Under the pieces are notes generated by a model. That model did no database searches. It was not told the origin of the DNA and worked only from the letters and a program-made list of their open reading frames with translations. Positions 19,758-29,626 of a stretch of 52,758 nt of DNA are shown here, one piece after another (position 1 is the first letter of the stretch; every line of letters starts with the position of its first letter). Origin of the DNA: a virus (taxonomy: Duplodnaviria > Caudoviricetes); the IMG/VR virus record IMGVR_UViG_3300020394_000115, positions 1-52,758 of that record. One strand, written 5' to 3'. The position numbers and the translations under genes were made by a program.

Positions 19758-20271
19758 ATACAAGGTAATTTATGCAGACCCACCTTGGCACTTTAAATCA
19801 TACAGTTCAAAAGGTGATGGACGTAACGCTACACAGCATTATGATTGCATGTCTATTTCTGATATTTCTAATTTACGTGTTTCTGATTTGGCTTCAGATG
19901 ATTGTGTATTGCTCATGTGGGTGGTTGACCCAATGTTACCAGAAGCTTTGGAAGTTATTAAAGCGTGGGGTTTCAAATATAAAACAGTAGGTTTCACTTG
20001 GGCGAAACAAAATAAAAATGATTTAGGTATGTTTACAGGTTTAGGTTATTGGACTAGAGCAAACCCAGAGATGTGTTTACTTGCAACAAAAGGTAAACCA
20101 AAAAGAATATCAAAGTCAGTAAGACAACTAATCATAAGTCAACGACAAGAACATAGTAGAAAACCAGATGAGATATATGAAAGAATTGAACAATTATTAG
20201 ATGGTCCTTATGTAGAACTTTTTGCTCGTAGAGAAAGAAAAGGTTGGGATAGTTGGGGTAATGAATTGTGA
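19732..20271 (+). CDS. MT-A70-family amino (N6-adenine) methyltransferase
   Basis: IYADPPW, GYWTRANPE, HSRKPDE, ELFAR, WGNE. Confidence 0.9.
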   Translation: MKLKTWNSKYKVIYADPPWHFKSYSSKGDGRNATQHYDCMSISDISNLRVSDLASDDCVLLMWVVDPMLPEALEVIKAWGFKYKTVGFTWAKQNKNDLGMFTGLGYWTRANPEMCLLATKGKPKRISKSVRQLIISQRQEHSRKPDEIYERIEQLLDGPYVELFARRERKGWDSWGNEL

Positions 20272-20975
20272 GAAAAAAAATGATTATAGTAGCAGGTGAT
20301 AGCAATCATGATTTAAAATTTCAAAAAAGAGCTGGGTTAGATTATAAATTAACTCTTTGGTTTGAACAACTAAACCTAGATGTAAAAAACTTATCTAAAT
20401 GTGCTGCTGGAAATGATATTATATGTAATTCTGTTCTTAAAGCAGTAAATGAAAATAGTAACGTAGATCATGTATATGTATTTTGGTCAGAGTGGTATAG
20501 AGTTTTAAAAAAACCTGTATTATCATATAATCAATTTGTTACAAAAAAATATTTTGATGACGGATTTCCAACTGAAAAAGGTAGTCAATATCAAAACTGG
20601 TTATATTCTATATCTTCTGGTGATCTTAAACAAGAGTTTATAGAAACAGTAAATGAAAATATGAATAGATTTTACTTACTACAATCAGCACTAAAAAAAA
20701 TGAATATTGATTACACTTTCTATCAAGACTTATGGCCATGGCCAAATATGAAATATGACAAAATGTTTACAGCTGCAAAATTAATAATAGAACACCCTTT
20801 ACATGATCTTATAGACGAAGACAGATTTTGGGGTTGGCCTATACACCCACACCTTGGTGGAAAATGTATTAGTAGTTTACAGATAGATCAAGTGTCAGAT
20901 ACAGATAATCACTATGGACAAAAAACACATGATTACCTTGCAAAAAATATTATTGAAAAAGGTATAAATTTATGA
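20268..20975 (+). CDS. SGNH/GDSL-like hydrolase-fold protein
   Basis: AGDS, AAGND, VFWSEWYR, DNHYG; same architecture as 24408 and 25168. Confidence 0.55.
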   Translation: MRKKMIIVAGDSNHDLKFQKRAGLDYKLTLWFEQLNLDVKNLSKCAAGNDIICNSVLKAVNENSNVDHVYVFWSEWYRVLKKPVLSYNQFVTKKYFDDGFPTEKGSQYQNWLYSISSGDLKQEFIETVNENMNRFYLLQSALKKMNIDYTFYQDLWPWPNMKYDKMFTAAKLIIEHPLHDLIDEDRFWGWPIHPHLGGKCISSLQIDQVSDTDNHYGQKTHDYLAKNIIEKGINL

Positions 20976-21217
20976 AAATTAGATACTATAATAAATTAGA
21001 TGCTGGACGTTGGTTAGGATTTATTATTGCAATGATAGGATGTTTTATTTTATCAAATGCAGATGTTGATACACAATGGTTAGGATGGGCAATAGCATGT
21101 ATATCTTGTAGTATGTGGATAAGATTTGCTATTAAGGATAAAGATATTCCTAGAGCTTTAATGGAAGGTATGTATTTACTATTATCTATCAGAGCAGTTT
21201 GGAATTGGTTAGTATGA
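20972..21217 (+). CDS. Small 3-TM membrane protein
   Basis: Three hydrophobic segments; ATGA overlaps on both sides. Confidence 0.6.
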   Translation: MKIRYYNKLDAGRWLGFIIAMIGCFILSNADVDTQWLGWAIACISCSMWIRFAIKDKDIPRALMEGMYLLLSIRAVWNWLV

Positions 21218-22923
21218 TACACTTTGAAAAGATACGTTGGAAAAACTTTTTATCTACTGGTAATAATTTTACAGAGATACATTTAGATAGGCAAAACACA
21301 ACACTAATAGTTGGTGAGAACGGTGCAGGTAAATCAACAATACTTGACGCATTGTGTTTTAGTTTATTTGGTAAACCTTTTAGAATAATTAGTAAATCTC
21401 AATTAGTTAATACTGTCAACGATAGAGAAGCAGTTGTTGAAGTAGAATTTAGAATTGGTACTAATCAATGGAAAGTTGTTAGAGGTATTAAACCTAGTAA
21501 GTTTGAAATATACCAAAATGGCGAAATGATTAATCAAGAAGCAAACTCTAGAGACTATCAAAAGTATTTAGAACAAAATGTATTAAGATTAAATTATAGA
21601 TCATTTACTCAGGTTGTAATATTAGGGTCATCAACTTTTGTACCTTTCATGCAATTAAAAGCAGTACATAGAAGAGAGGTAGTTGAAGAGATACTTGACA
21701 TTAAAATATTCTCTCTAATGAACATGATACTTAAAAATCAACTAAAAGATTTACAAGACGATATCAAAGATATGGATTATCAGTTTGAATTGGCAGTTGA
21801 AAAGATAGCCATGCAAACAAACTATATCGATGATATGAAAAAAAATAAGGATAAAATCATCAAAGAGAAACAAGATTTATTTGATTCTAATAAAACAATA
21901 CTAACAGACAGAGAGAAAGAAAAAGCCCTGCTAGAGACTGCTAGCGAGGATTTAGCGGGTGAAATCAATGATAAGACAGTAATAGAGGACAAATTAAGTA
22001 AACTTAATAATATACGTGCTACTTTGACTGAAAAACATAAACAATTAACAAAAGATATGGAGTTCTTTAAGAATAATGATTCGTGTCCAACCTGTGAACA
22101 AGATATACAACAATCTCATAAAGAAAAAATGGTTAACAAAAAAGAAATCAAAGTCAAAGAAATCGTTGAAGGTGCAACAAAACTTAAAGAAGAATTATTA
22201 GTTGTTAATAAACGTTTAGAAGAAATAACAGGTGTAACACAAAAGATAAGAGATAATGAAGTTAGACAGGCAGAGATACTTAGTTCTATATCAGAATTAA
22301 AAAAATATAATACAAAGTTAGAAGAAGATATATCAAACTTTGAAACTGGTAGTGTATCACAAAAAGATATAGACAAACTAGATCAGATGAAAAGTGATTG
22401 TAAAAAAATTGAACATCAAAGAAGTAAGTTAAAAGATGATAAAACTTACATCATGGCAGCTAGAGACATGTTAAACGATACAGGTATTAAAACTAAAATT
22501 ATTAAACAGTATCTACCTATTATGAATCAGTTAATTAACAAGTATCTCATGTCAATGGACTTTTACGTAAACTTTAATCTAGATGAAAACTTTAATGAAA
22601 CTATCAAGTCTAGATTTAGAGATACATTTAATTATGCTTCTTTTAGTGAAGGTGAAAAAATGCGAATTGATTTAGCATTGCTATTCACTTGGAGAGCAGT
22701 AGCAAAAATGAAAAACAGCACTAATACAAACTTACTAATACTAGATGAAATATTTGACAGTAGTTTAGATGGTCAAGGCACAGATGAGTTTTTAAGAATT
22801 TTAAATACTTTATCTGAGGAAAATACTTTTGTTATATCCCACAAAGGTGACCAACTAGCTGATAAATTTAGACATAGTATTAGATTTGAAAAAGTACAAA
22901 ACTTTTCTAGGATAGCAAAATGA
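21214..22923 (+). CDS. gp46: Recombination ATPase subunit gp46 (SbcC/Rad50-like)
   Basis: GENGAGKST, CPTC zinc hook, FSEGEKMRIDLA, ILDEIFD; ATG at 21214. Confidence 0.96.
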   Translation: MIHFEKIRWKNFLSTGNNFTEIHLDRQNTTLIVGENGAGKSTILDALCFSLFGKPFRIISKSQLVNTVNDREAVVEVEFRIGTNQWKVVRGIKPSKFEIYQNGEMINQEANSRDYQKYLEQNVLRLNYRSFTQVVILGSSTFVPFMQLKAVHRREVVEEILDIKIFSLMNMILKNQLKDLQDDIKDMDYQFELAVEKIAMQTNYIDDMKKNKDKIIKEKQDLFDSNKTILTDREKEKALLETASEDLAGEINDKTVIEDKLSKLNNIRATLTEKHKQLTKDMEFFKNNDSCPTCEQDIQQSHKEKMVNKKEIKVKEIVEGATKLKEELLVVNKRLEEITGVTQKIRDNEVRQAEILSSISELKKYNTKLEEDISNFETGSVSQKDIDKLDQMKSDCKKIEHQRSKLKDDKTYIMAARDMLNDTGIKTKIIKQYLPIMNQLINKYLMSMDFYVNFNLDENFNETIKSRFRDTFNYASFSEGEKMRIDLALLFTWRAVAKMKNSTNTNLLILDEIFDSSLDGQGTDEFLRILNTLSEENTFVISHKGDQLADKFRHSIRFEKVQNFSRIAK

Positions 22924-23093
22924 CACTATACAAATTAAAACTTTATATAAAATTATACTGGTCAACATTTTTATCTTACTTTAAAAAGAAACCAAAAGAT
23001 AATGATGTTTACATTTACGAAAATGATATTGAAGAAGATGAATATCATCGTAAGTTAAGAGAAAACAAAATAGACATAAGTAAAGATGAATAA
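22920..23093 (+). CDS. Unlisted 57-aa hypothetical protein
   Basis: ATGA overlap with the gp46 stop and TAATG overlap with the next gene; MTLYKLKLYIKLYWSTFLSYFKKKPKDNDVYIYENDIEEDEY... Confidence 0.65.
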   Translation: MTLYKLKLYIKLYWSTFLSYFKKKPKDNDVYIYENDIEEDEYHRKLRENKIDISKDE

Positions 23094-24424
23094 TGATACA
23101 CGTAGGAATATCTGAAGGTTTTCATGATGCAGCTATAACTGTACTACATGGACAAGAAATAATATCAGCTAGACATAGTGAGAGATATACTAAAATTAAG
23201 AATGACCCAATTCTTGATTTAAATTTAATACCTGTTAAATATGACACATTAAATTTTTATGAAAAACCTTTCTTAAAAAATACTAGAAGATTATTTGCTG
23301 GTCAAAAATGGCAAAACCCTAGAAGAAAATATGACAATTATTTTGGTCATCATGAAACACATGCAGCTGCAGGTTATTACACTTCACCATTTAATGAATG
23401 TAACGTATTGGTTATAGATGCTATTGGTGAATGGAATACTGTATCCATATGGGAATGTAAAGATAATGAAATGAAAAAAATTAAGTCATGGAATTATCCT
23501 TATTCACTTGGTCTATTATATTCAGCAATCACTAAAAGATTAGGACTAAAACCAAATGAAGATGAATATATTACAATGGGTATGGCTGCGTTTGGAGAAC
23601 CTAGATATGATTTAGAATATTTACTAGAGGAAAACAATCACAAAGGTGTTGGTAGGATATTTCCACATGCACACCCACATGACTTAGCAGCTAGTGTACA
23701 AAATTTATATGAGACTAAGTTTTTGCAATTACTAAAATATTGTGAATATAGTAATCTAGTATTAGCTGGTGGTTGTGCTTTAAATTGTGTTGCTAACAGT
23801 AAGATACCAGACAGATTTAATGTTTGGATTTTACCAGCGCCAGGAGATGCAGGTTCATCTTTGGGTGCAGCTGCATTAGTTGAAAAGAAAAAATTAAAAT
23901 GGAAACATCCTTATCTTGGCTTAGCTGCAGGGCATGGTCAAAGTCATGTAAAGGAGATTGTAGATCATTTACTTAAACATGGAGTATGTGGAATAGTAAA
24001 TGGTAAAGAAGAGTTTGGGCCAAGAGCATTAGGAAATAGAAGTTTACTTGCAGACCCTAGATTAAATATTAAAGATACAGTAAATGAAATAAAACAAAGA
24101 CAAAAATTTAGACCGTTTGCACCAGCAATACTAGAAGAATATTTTGATAAGTATTTTGATGGTCGTAAAAATAGATATATGCAATTTGTATCTAAAGCAA
24201 AACATGATTTAAAATCAGTTACACATGTTGATGGTACTGCTAGAGTTCAATGTGTAGAGGAAGATAATATCAGTATATTAAGACCAATACTAGAAGAGTT
24301 TTATGATAGAACAGGTTGTCCTATGTTACTAAATACAAGTTTGAATATAAAAGGAAGACCTATGTGTAGCACTTGGGCAGATGCCCAAAGATTTGAGAAA
24401 AAATATAATGTCAAAGTATTCTAA
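23093..24424 (+). CDS. O-carbamoyltransferase (NodU/CmcH/TobZ family)
   Basis: GFHDAA, HHETHAA, LAGGCALNC, GDAG, EFGPRALGNRSLLADPR, FRPFAP, HVDGTAR, LLNTSLN. Confidence 0.93.
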   Translation: MIHVGISEGFHDAAITVLHGQEIISARHSERYTKIKNDPILDLNLIPVKYDTLNFYEKPFLKNTRRLFAGQKWQNPRRKYDNYFGHHETHAAAGYYTSPFNECNVLVIDAIGEWNTVSIWECKDNEMKKIKSWNYPYSLGLLYSAITKRLGLKPNEDEYITMGMAAFGEPRYDLEYLLEENNHKGVGRIFPHAHPHDLAASVQNLYETKFLQLLKYCEYSNLVLAGGCALNCVANSKIPDRFNVWILPAPGDAGSSLGAAALVEKKKLKWKHPYLGLAAGHGQSHVKEIVDHLLKHGVCGIVNGKEEFGPRALGNRSLLADPRLNIKDTVNEIKQRQKFRPFAPAILEEYFDKYFDGRKNRYMQFVSKAKHDLKSVTHVDGTARVQCVEEDNISILRPILEEFYDRTGCPMLLNTSLNIKGRPMCSTWADAQRFEKKYNVKVF

Positions 24425-25175
24425 AATAATTGCTGGTGGATGTTCTTTTACAGATAAGGATTTTCCTAAATTTGCCTCACCCAATCCATTAGATTATAAG
24501 ATGTGGCCAGAAGTCATAGGTGAAAAACTTGATTGTGAAGTTATTAATACTGGTAGATGTGGATTTGGTAATTATGCGATATATCACACTACTCTAAATG
24601 CAATAATGAAACATAAAGTAGACCATGTATTTGTTATGTGGTCAGATTGGACAAGGCAAGATTTTTTAATTGATAGTTTTGCAAGTTCAACAAGAATGGG
24701 TGGTAAAGCTGGTGGAGATTATGTATCACTACACCCATTTTATTGGGGAATAAAAGAAAGTGATGTCATAAAATGGTATAATGAATCTTTTACTAAAAAC
24801 TTCCCTCATAAACATATACATGGTAAAGAATTTACAGCATCGATGCCTAATATACAACAACTCATAGATACAAATATAAATTATATATTTTCAATGCAAG
24901 CAATATGTGAAAAATTAAATATTAAATATACTGCTTGTCAAGCAATGGAGAATGATAGATTTTTACCAAGTATTTTAATAAAACATCCATACTTAGAACA
25001 TATAAAAAATTTTTATGGATGGCCAATGGATAAAAAGCTAGGTGGATTTACCATGGTAGATTTACTTAAAAAAGAATACAAAAATGCTTATAAAGTTAGT
25101 GAAGAGGATGCTCATCCAAATGAAATAGGTCACAAATTTATAGGAAATAAAATAATGGAGTACATAAATGTCTAA
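24408..25175 (+). CDS. SGNH-like hydrolase/acyltransferase-fold protein
   Basis: GGCSFT, GFGN, WSDWTR, DAHPNEIGH. Confidence 0.65.
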   Translation: MSKYSKIIAGGCSFTDKDFPKFASPNPLDYKMWPEVIGEKLDCEVINTGRCGFGNYAIYHTTLNAIMKHKVDHVFVMWSDWTRQDFLIDSFASSTRMGGKAGGDYVSLHPFYWGIKESDVIKWYNESFTKNFPHKHIHGKEFTASMPNIQQLIDTNINYIFSMQAICEKLNIKYTACQAMENDRFLPSILIKHPYLEHIKNFYGWPMDKKLGGFTMVDLLKKEYKNAYKVSEEDAHPNEIGHKFIGNKIMEYINV

Positions 25176-25887
25176 AATTATTATTACAGGTGGATGTTCT
25201 TTTGCAGATAAATTTATGCCCAAGAACGCAAAACCTAAACCACTTGATTATAAGATGTGGCCAGAAATCATTGGCGAGTTAAGTAAATGTGAAGTGATTA
25301 ACACAGGACACTCAGGTTTTGGTAATCATGCGATATATCACTCAGTACTCAACGAAATATGGAATAATATTGATGATGTACAACATGTTTATGTTATGTG
25401 GTCAGAATGGGCAAGACAAGACTTTTTAACAAAAAGTGGTTATAAATCAGTTGTTCCTAGATTAGAATTTGATGAATATAATAAAACACAAGCATTTTAT
25501 CAAAGAACATGGAGTCGTCCATTTCCTAGTATGCAACAACTTATAGACACAAATATGAATTACGTATATTCAATGCAAAGTATTTGTAAAAATTTAGGGA
25601 TTAAATATACTGCCGTTCAAGCAATGAAACCAATCCCTCAGCTTGTTGAGGGTGAAACCTTAGATACACCTTTTGCATACAATATAATAAAACATCCTCT
25701 AGTAGAAAGTATTGAAAATTTTATGGGGTGGCCAATGTTAGATCATCTGGGTGGATATAATATTGTAGATTTATTAAATTTATCTATGGGTTCTAGTTGG
25801 CGAATCAGTATAGAAGATGCACATCCAAATGAGAAAGCACAAAAGTTCATAGCATCCAAAATATACGAATATTCAGACAAATCCTAG
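25168..25887 (+). CDS. SGNH-like protein, tandem paralogue of 24408
   Basis: GGCSFA, PLDYKMWPE shared, GFGN, WSEWARQDFL, DAHPN. Confidence 0.65.
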   Translation: MSKIIITGGCSFADKFMPKNAKPKPLDYKMWPEIIGELSKCEVINTGHSGFGNHAIYHSVLNEIWNNIDDVQHVYVMWSEWARQDFLTKSGYKSVVPRLEFDEYNKTQAFYQRTWSRPFPSMQQLIDTNMNYVYSMQSICKNLGIKYTAVQAMKPIPQLVEGETLDTPFAYNIIKHPLVESIENFMGWPMLDHLGGYNIVDLLNLSMGSSWRISIEDAHPNEKAQKFIASKIYEYSDKS

Positions 25888-25980
25888 AATCGACTACGAA
25901 TCGTCAAAAAACGACACGCTAGCATCGCCGCTCAGCCGGTGTAAAGGGGTGTCCGTAGGGGTTAGTATCCCCTAAAACCC
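25888..25980. other. GC-rich structured intergenic element (candidate ncRNA, terminator or origin-related)
   Basis: Nested stems GACAC(25913-17)/GTGTC(25949-53) and GCATCG(25922-27)/CGGTGT(25937-42), then hairpin TAGGGG-7 nt-CCCCTA (25956-25974). Confidence 0.4.
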
Positions 25981-26005
25981 TTGATTTTACTTGCTTTTTT
26001 AGGCC

Positions 26006-26034
26006 TTGACAATTACACCCTCACCTGATACTTT
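26006..26034 (+). promoter_or_regulatory. Sigma70-type early promoter
   Basis: TTGACA-17 nt-TACTTT with an extended -10 TG. Confidence 0.7.
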
Positions 26035-26061
26035 ATATGTATGAGAGAGGTTATATCACAG

Positions 26062-28302
26062 ATGAAAAAGTCAACTATTGCAAAATTACTTGCTGAAGAA
26101 GATATTTCAGTAGTTCACAAAAAAACTAGAACCGCTTCTTTTGATGTTAAGAAAAGAGAGTTAGTTCTACCAATATTCAAAACAGAAATATCTAATGACG
26201 TTTATGACATGTTCGTGTGTCATGAAGTTGGCCATTCATTATGGACTCCTTTAGATATGTTAGAAAAAGTTCACAAAGAAGGTATTGATAAATCTGTTGT
26301 TAACGTTATCGAAGATGCTAGAATTGAAGCAATGATACAAAACAGATATCCTGGTTCTAGAAAAAACTTTACTCAAGGTTACAAAGAATTATTACAAAGA
26401 GATTTCTTTGGTATTAAAAACAAAGATTTATCTAAACTTAATATTATTGATAAAATTAATATCTATTTCAAAACTGGTCTTGATGTAGGATTTACAGTAG
26501 AAGAAAAATTACTTGCTGACAAAGTTGCAAAATGTAAAACTGCTGACGATGTTATTAAACTTGCAATTGAGATTTCTGGTTATCACAAAAAGAAAACTGA
26601 GGAAGAGAAGAAAAAAGAATTAAAAGTTAATGTTCCTAATAATGCTCCTAAACAAGAAGAGTCAGAGTCGAGTGAAAGCGACTCTGGTTCTTCAAATGAT
26701 GCAGAGGACGATGTTCAAGATTCTAGTGGTGATGATATGCAAGATGGTCAAGACGATCAAGCTGATACTGGTGGTCATCCAAAACAAGAAGATAAAAAAG
26801 AAGATGGACAAGTAGGTAGAGAAGGTGCAGGTCTTGGTGCCAAAGGTGATTTAGTTTCTCATACAGATGCTGCGTATCAATCGGCGATGGATGGTCATAA
26901 CGATTACAAAGCAAAAGATAGAACGTATGTTAATATTCCTAAGAAAACTGATTTATCAAAGTTGATGGTTCCATATAAAACTATGTTATCAGATTTAAAA
27001 GAGCATTACAAAAAAGACCCAGATGCTGTTAATGATTATTTTAATACAGAATATATTAAACTTGTTAACGATAACAAAAAAGTAGTTCAATATATGGTTA
27101 AAGAATTTGAAATGAAAAAACAAGCAGATTTATATAAGAGAGCAACAGTTTCTAAAACTGGTGTACTTAATATGAGTAAGTTACATACTTACAAATACAA
27201 TGATGACTTGTTTGCAAAAATGACTACTATACCTGGTGCAACTAATCATGGAATGGTTATGTATGTTGACTGGTCTGGTTCAATGGCTGACAATATGGAA
27301 TTTACAATGAAACAATTATTTAACTTGATTTGGTTTTGTAATAGAACAAAGATACCTTTTCAAGTAATTGCTTTTTCAGATAGAGAACATAGAATCAGTA
27401 ATAGATATGGCGAAAGCAATCATAACAAATATCAACAAGATATTGTACTTGGTGATATGTGTATTGAAGAATTAAAACTAATTGAGTTGTTTAGTTCTAA
27501 TATGAATAAACAAGAGCAAGAAGAACAAATGAAAAACTGTATGAAGATGTATCATCAATGGACAAGTTATCATCAAAGCAGATTCAATGATAATTATGCT
27601 ACGTTATATGATTTGTCTTATGTAAAAGAAGAATACAATCTAGGTGGTACACCACTTAATCATGCTTTAATTTGTGCAGCTGATGTTGTAGAAAATTTTC
27701 AAAAACAAACTAAAGTTCAAAAAACAAATGTCATATTCTTAACTGACGGTGATAGTCATAGTTGTGAACATGTTTATGATTATCCTAGAGAAGAATACAA
27801 AGATCAAACAGTTCAACCAATATCTATACCATACGATCACGATATTGTTTATGCAGATAAAAAGAGAATGGTAAAAGCAATGAGTGTTGATGGTATGTAC
27901 AGTTACAGAGGCGGTCAAACTAAAGTATTATTAGACATGTTAAAAAAACAATTACCTACTGTTAATATTGTAGGATTCTTTGTTGAGGGTAGAGGTAGAC
28001 ATGGTAGAGTTGATGTAAATACTATTTGCAGAAAAATGGGTTGGTCTAGAGGTAGAGATGAGCAAAAGATATTAGATGCTCAGAAAAAACTTAAAAAAGA
28101 TAAAGTATTAGTTTGTACAACTCAAGGTTATGATGAGTTCTATATCTTACCAAGAGGCCCACTTGGAGCAACTGAGGATGAAGTATTGACAATCAAAGAA
28201 GGTGCAAAATCGAATCAGATTGCAAAAGCTTTCATGAAATCTAGTGGTGCTAAGACAGTAAATAGACAATTACTTAACAAATTCATAGGGATGGTCGCTT
28301 AA
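26062..28302 (+). CDS. Metallopeptidase-like + VWA domain protein (partner of MoxR/CobS ATPase)
   Basis: HEVGH and EDARIE, acidic linker, MIDAS DWSGS, GGTPL, FLTDG; ATG 26062 follows GAGAGG RBS (26041 alternative). Confidence 0.8.
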   Translation: MKKSTIAKLLAEEDISVVHKKTRTASFDVKKRELVLPIFKTEISNDVYDMFVCHEVGHSLWTPLDMLEKVHKEGIDKSVVNVIEDARIEAMIQNRYPGSRKNFTQGYKELLQRDFFGIKNKDLSKLNIIDKINIYFKTGLDVGFTVEEKLLADKVAKCKTADDVIKLAIEISGYHKKKTEEEKKKELKVNVPNNAPKQEESESSESDSGSSNDAEDDVQDSSGDDMQDGQDDQADTGGHPKQEDKKEDGQVGREGAGLGAKGDLVSHTDAAYQSAMDGHNDYKAKDRTYVNIPKKTDLSKLMVPYKTMLSDLKEHYKKDPDAVNDYFNTEYIKLVNDNKKVVQYMVKEFEMKKQADLYKRATVSKTGVLNMSKLHTYKYNDDLFAKMTTIPGATNHGMVMYVDWSGSMADNMEFTMKQLFNLIWFCNRTKIPFQVIAFSDREHRISNRYGESNHNKYQQDIVLGDMCIEELKLIELFSSNMNKQEQEEQMKNCMKMYHQWTSYHQSRFNDNYATLYDLSYVKEEYNLGGTPLNHALICAADVVENFQKQTKVQKTNVIFLTDGDSHSCEHVYDYPREEYKDQTVQPISIPYDHDIVYADKKRMVKAMSVDGMYSYRGGQTKVLLDMLKKQLPTVNIVGFFVEGRGRHGRVDVNTICRKMGWSRGRDEQKILDAQKKLKKDKVLVCTTQGYDEFYILPRGPLGATEDEVLTIKEGAKSNQIAKAFMKSSGAKTVNRQLLNKFIGMVA

Positions 28303-28341
28303 ATGATTGATATTACTAGCTTATTTGACCACATTATATGG

Positions 28342-28371
28342 TTGACAATCAACACTATACTATGTTATTAT
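28342..28371 (+). promoter_or_regulatory. Sigma70-type early promoter
   Basis: TTGACA-18 nt-TATTAT with TG extension. Confidence 0.7.
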
Positions 28372-28392
28372 TAATAATGAAAGAGAGGTTAT

Positions 28393-29574
28393 ATGTTAAC
28401 ACCAAATAAACAAAAGTTCATTGATGCTGCTTCAAAACATTTTGGAGTCGGTGCAATCGTTGGAAGAAACGAGATCAATGAGTTTGCAACTAACAATGGA
28501 TTTTCAAATCCTAGTTGGTTCAAGAAACCTGCTTACAAAGTAGGTCACGGTAAATATCAATTACCATCAGACAATGCTGAAGTTGAGACTAAAGAAGTTT
28601 CAAAATCAACTGTCTCAAATAATACTGAGGATGCGATGAAAGTTAATTTGATCGCAAGTAACTCAGGTATGGACTCTTTAGTTCCTAGTAAGTTTCAAGG
28701 TTTTGTACCTTGGGGTCATTACTCTACAATCAATCAGGTTGTTAAGTCTGGTATGTTTTACCCAATCTTTATTACTGGTCTATCTGGTAACGGTAAAACT
28801 CTTATGGTAGAGCAAGTTCACGCAGCTGCCAAAAAAGACTTAATCAGAGTTAACATTACAATCGAAACTGACGAAGATGATTTACTTGGTGGTTTCAGAC
28901 TTGTAAATGGTGAGACTAAATTTGTTCCTGGTCCAATTGTTGAAGCAATGGAAAAGGGTTGTACCTTATTGCTTGACGAATGTGATTTAGGTTCTAACAA
29001 ACTTATGTGTTTGCAACCAGTATTAGAAGGTAAAGGTGTTTATCTTAAAAAAGTAAATAAATGGATTACACCAAAAGCTGGATTTAATATTATTGCGACA
29101 GCGAATACTAAAGGTAAAGGTTCTGAGGATGGTAGATTTATCGGAACGAATGTTTTGAACGAAGCATTTCTAGAAAGATTTGCTATCACAATCGAACAAC
29201 CTTATGCCAACAAAAAAGTAGAAGAGAAGATTATTCTTGGTTCTATGGATAAGTATGGTAAAACTGACAAGAAGTTTGCAGCTAACTTATGTACTTGGGC
29301 TGAAGTAATCAGAAAAACTTTTTACGATGGTGGTGTTGATGAGATTATATCAACTAGAAGACTTGACCATATCGTAAAAGCATTTTCTATCTTTGGCGAT
29401 AAAATGAAAGCGATTGAGTTATGTGTTGCTAGATTTGATGATGATACTAAAGAGTCATTCTTAAATCTTTACACTAAGATTGATGCTGGAGTTACAGTTG
29501 ACACTCTAAACAATGACGACCAAACTAAGGTCGAGGAAGACGAAAAAGAAGAAGAGGTCGACACAGCAATATAA
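28393..29574 (+). CDS. MoxR/CobS-like AAA+ ATPase
   Basis: GLSGNGKT, LLLDE, ATANTKGKG, NEAFLERF, ISTRRL. Confidence 0.9.
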   Translation: MLTPNKQKFIDAASKHFGVGAIVGRNEINEFATNNGFSNPSWFKKPAYKVGHGKYQLPSDNAEVETKEVSKSTVSNNTEDAMKVNLIASNSGMDSLVPSKFQGFVPWGHYSTINQVVKSGMFYPIFITGLSGNGKTLMVEQVHAAAKKDLIRVNITIETDEDDLLGGFRLVNGETKFVPGPIVEAMEKGCTLLLDECDLGSNKLMCLQPVLEGKGVYLKKVNKWITPKAGFNIIATANTKGKGSEDGRFIGTNVLNEAFLERFAITIEQPYANKKVEEKIILGSMDKYGKTDKKFAANLCTWAEVIRKTFYDGGVDEIISTRRLDHIVKAFSIFGDKMKAIELCVARFDDDTKESFLNLYTKIDAGVTVDTLNNDDQTKVEEDEKEEEVDTAI

Positions 29575-29584
29575 AATTTATTTT

Positions 29585-29622
29585 GGGGGTTGACTTTTTA
29601 GAGGTCAATCCCCATATAAATA
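29585..29622 (+). promoter_or_regulatory. Hairpin with embedded TTGACT followed by late promoter TATAAATA (hsp20)
   Basis: GGGGGTTGAC...GTCAATCCCC inverted repeat 29585-29613; TATAAATA 29615-29622. Confidence 0.65.
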
Positions 29623-29626
29623 ATAA

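Noticed and set aside
25888-25980. tRNA gene or CRISPR array
   Set aside because: No T-loop GTTC, cloverleaf or repeat-spacer periodicity; none seen elsewhere in the window by eye.
28393-29574. Cobalamin biosynthesis gene cobS
   Set aside because: No cobN or other B12 genes; the context fits a MoxR-VWA chaperone pair.
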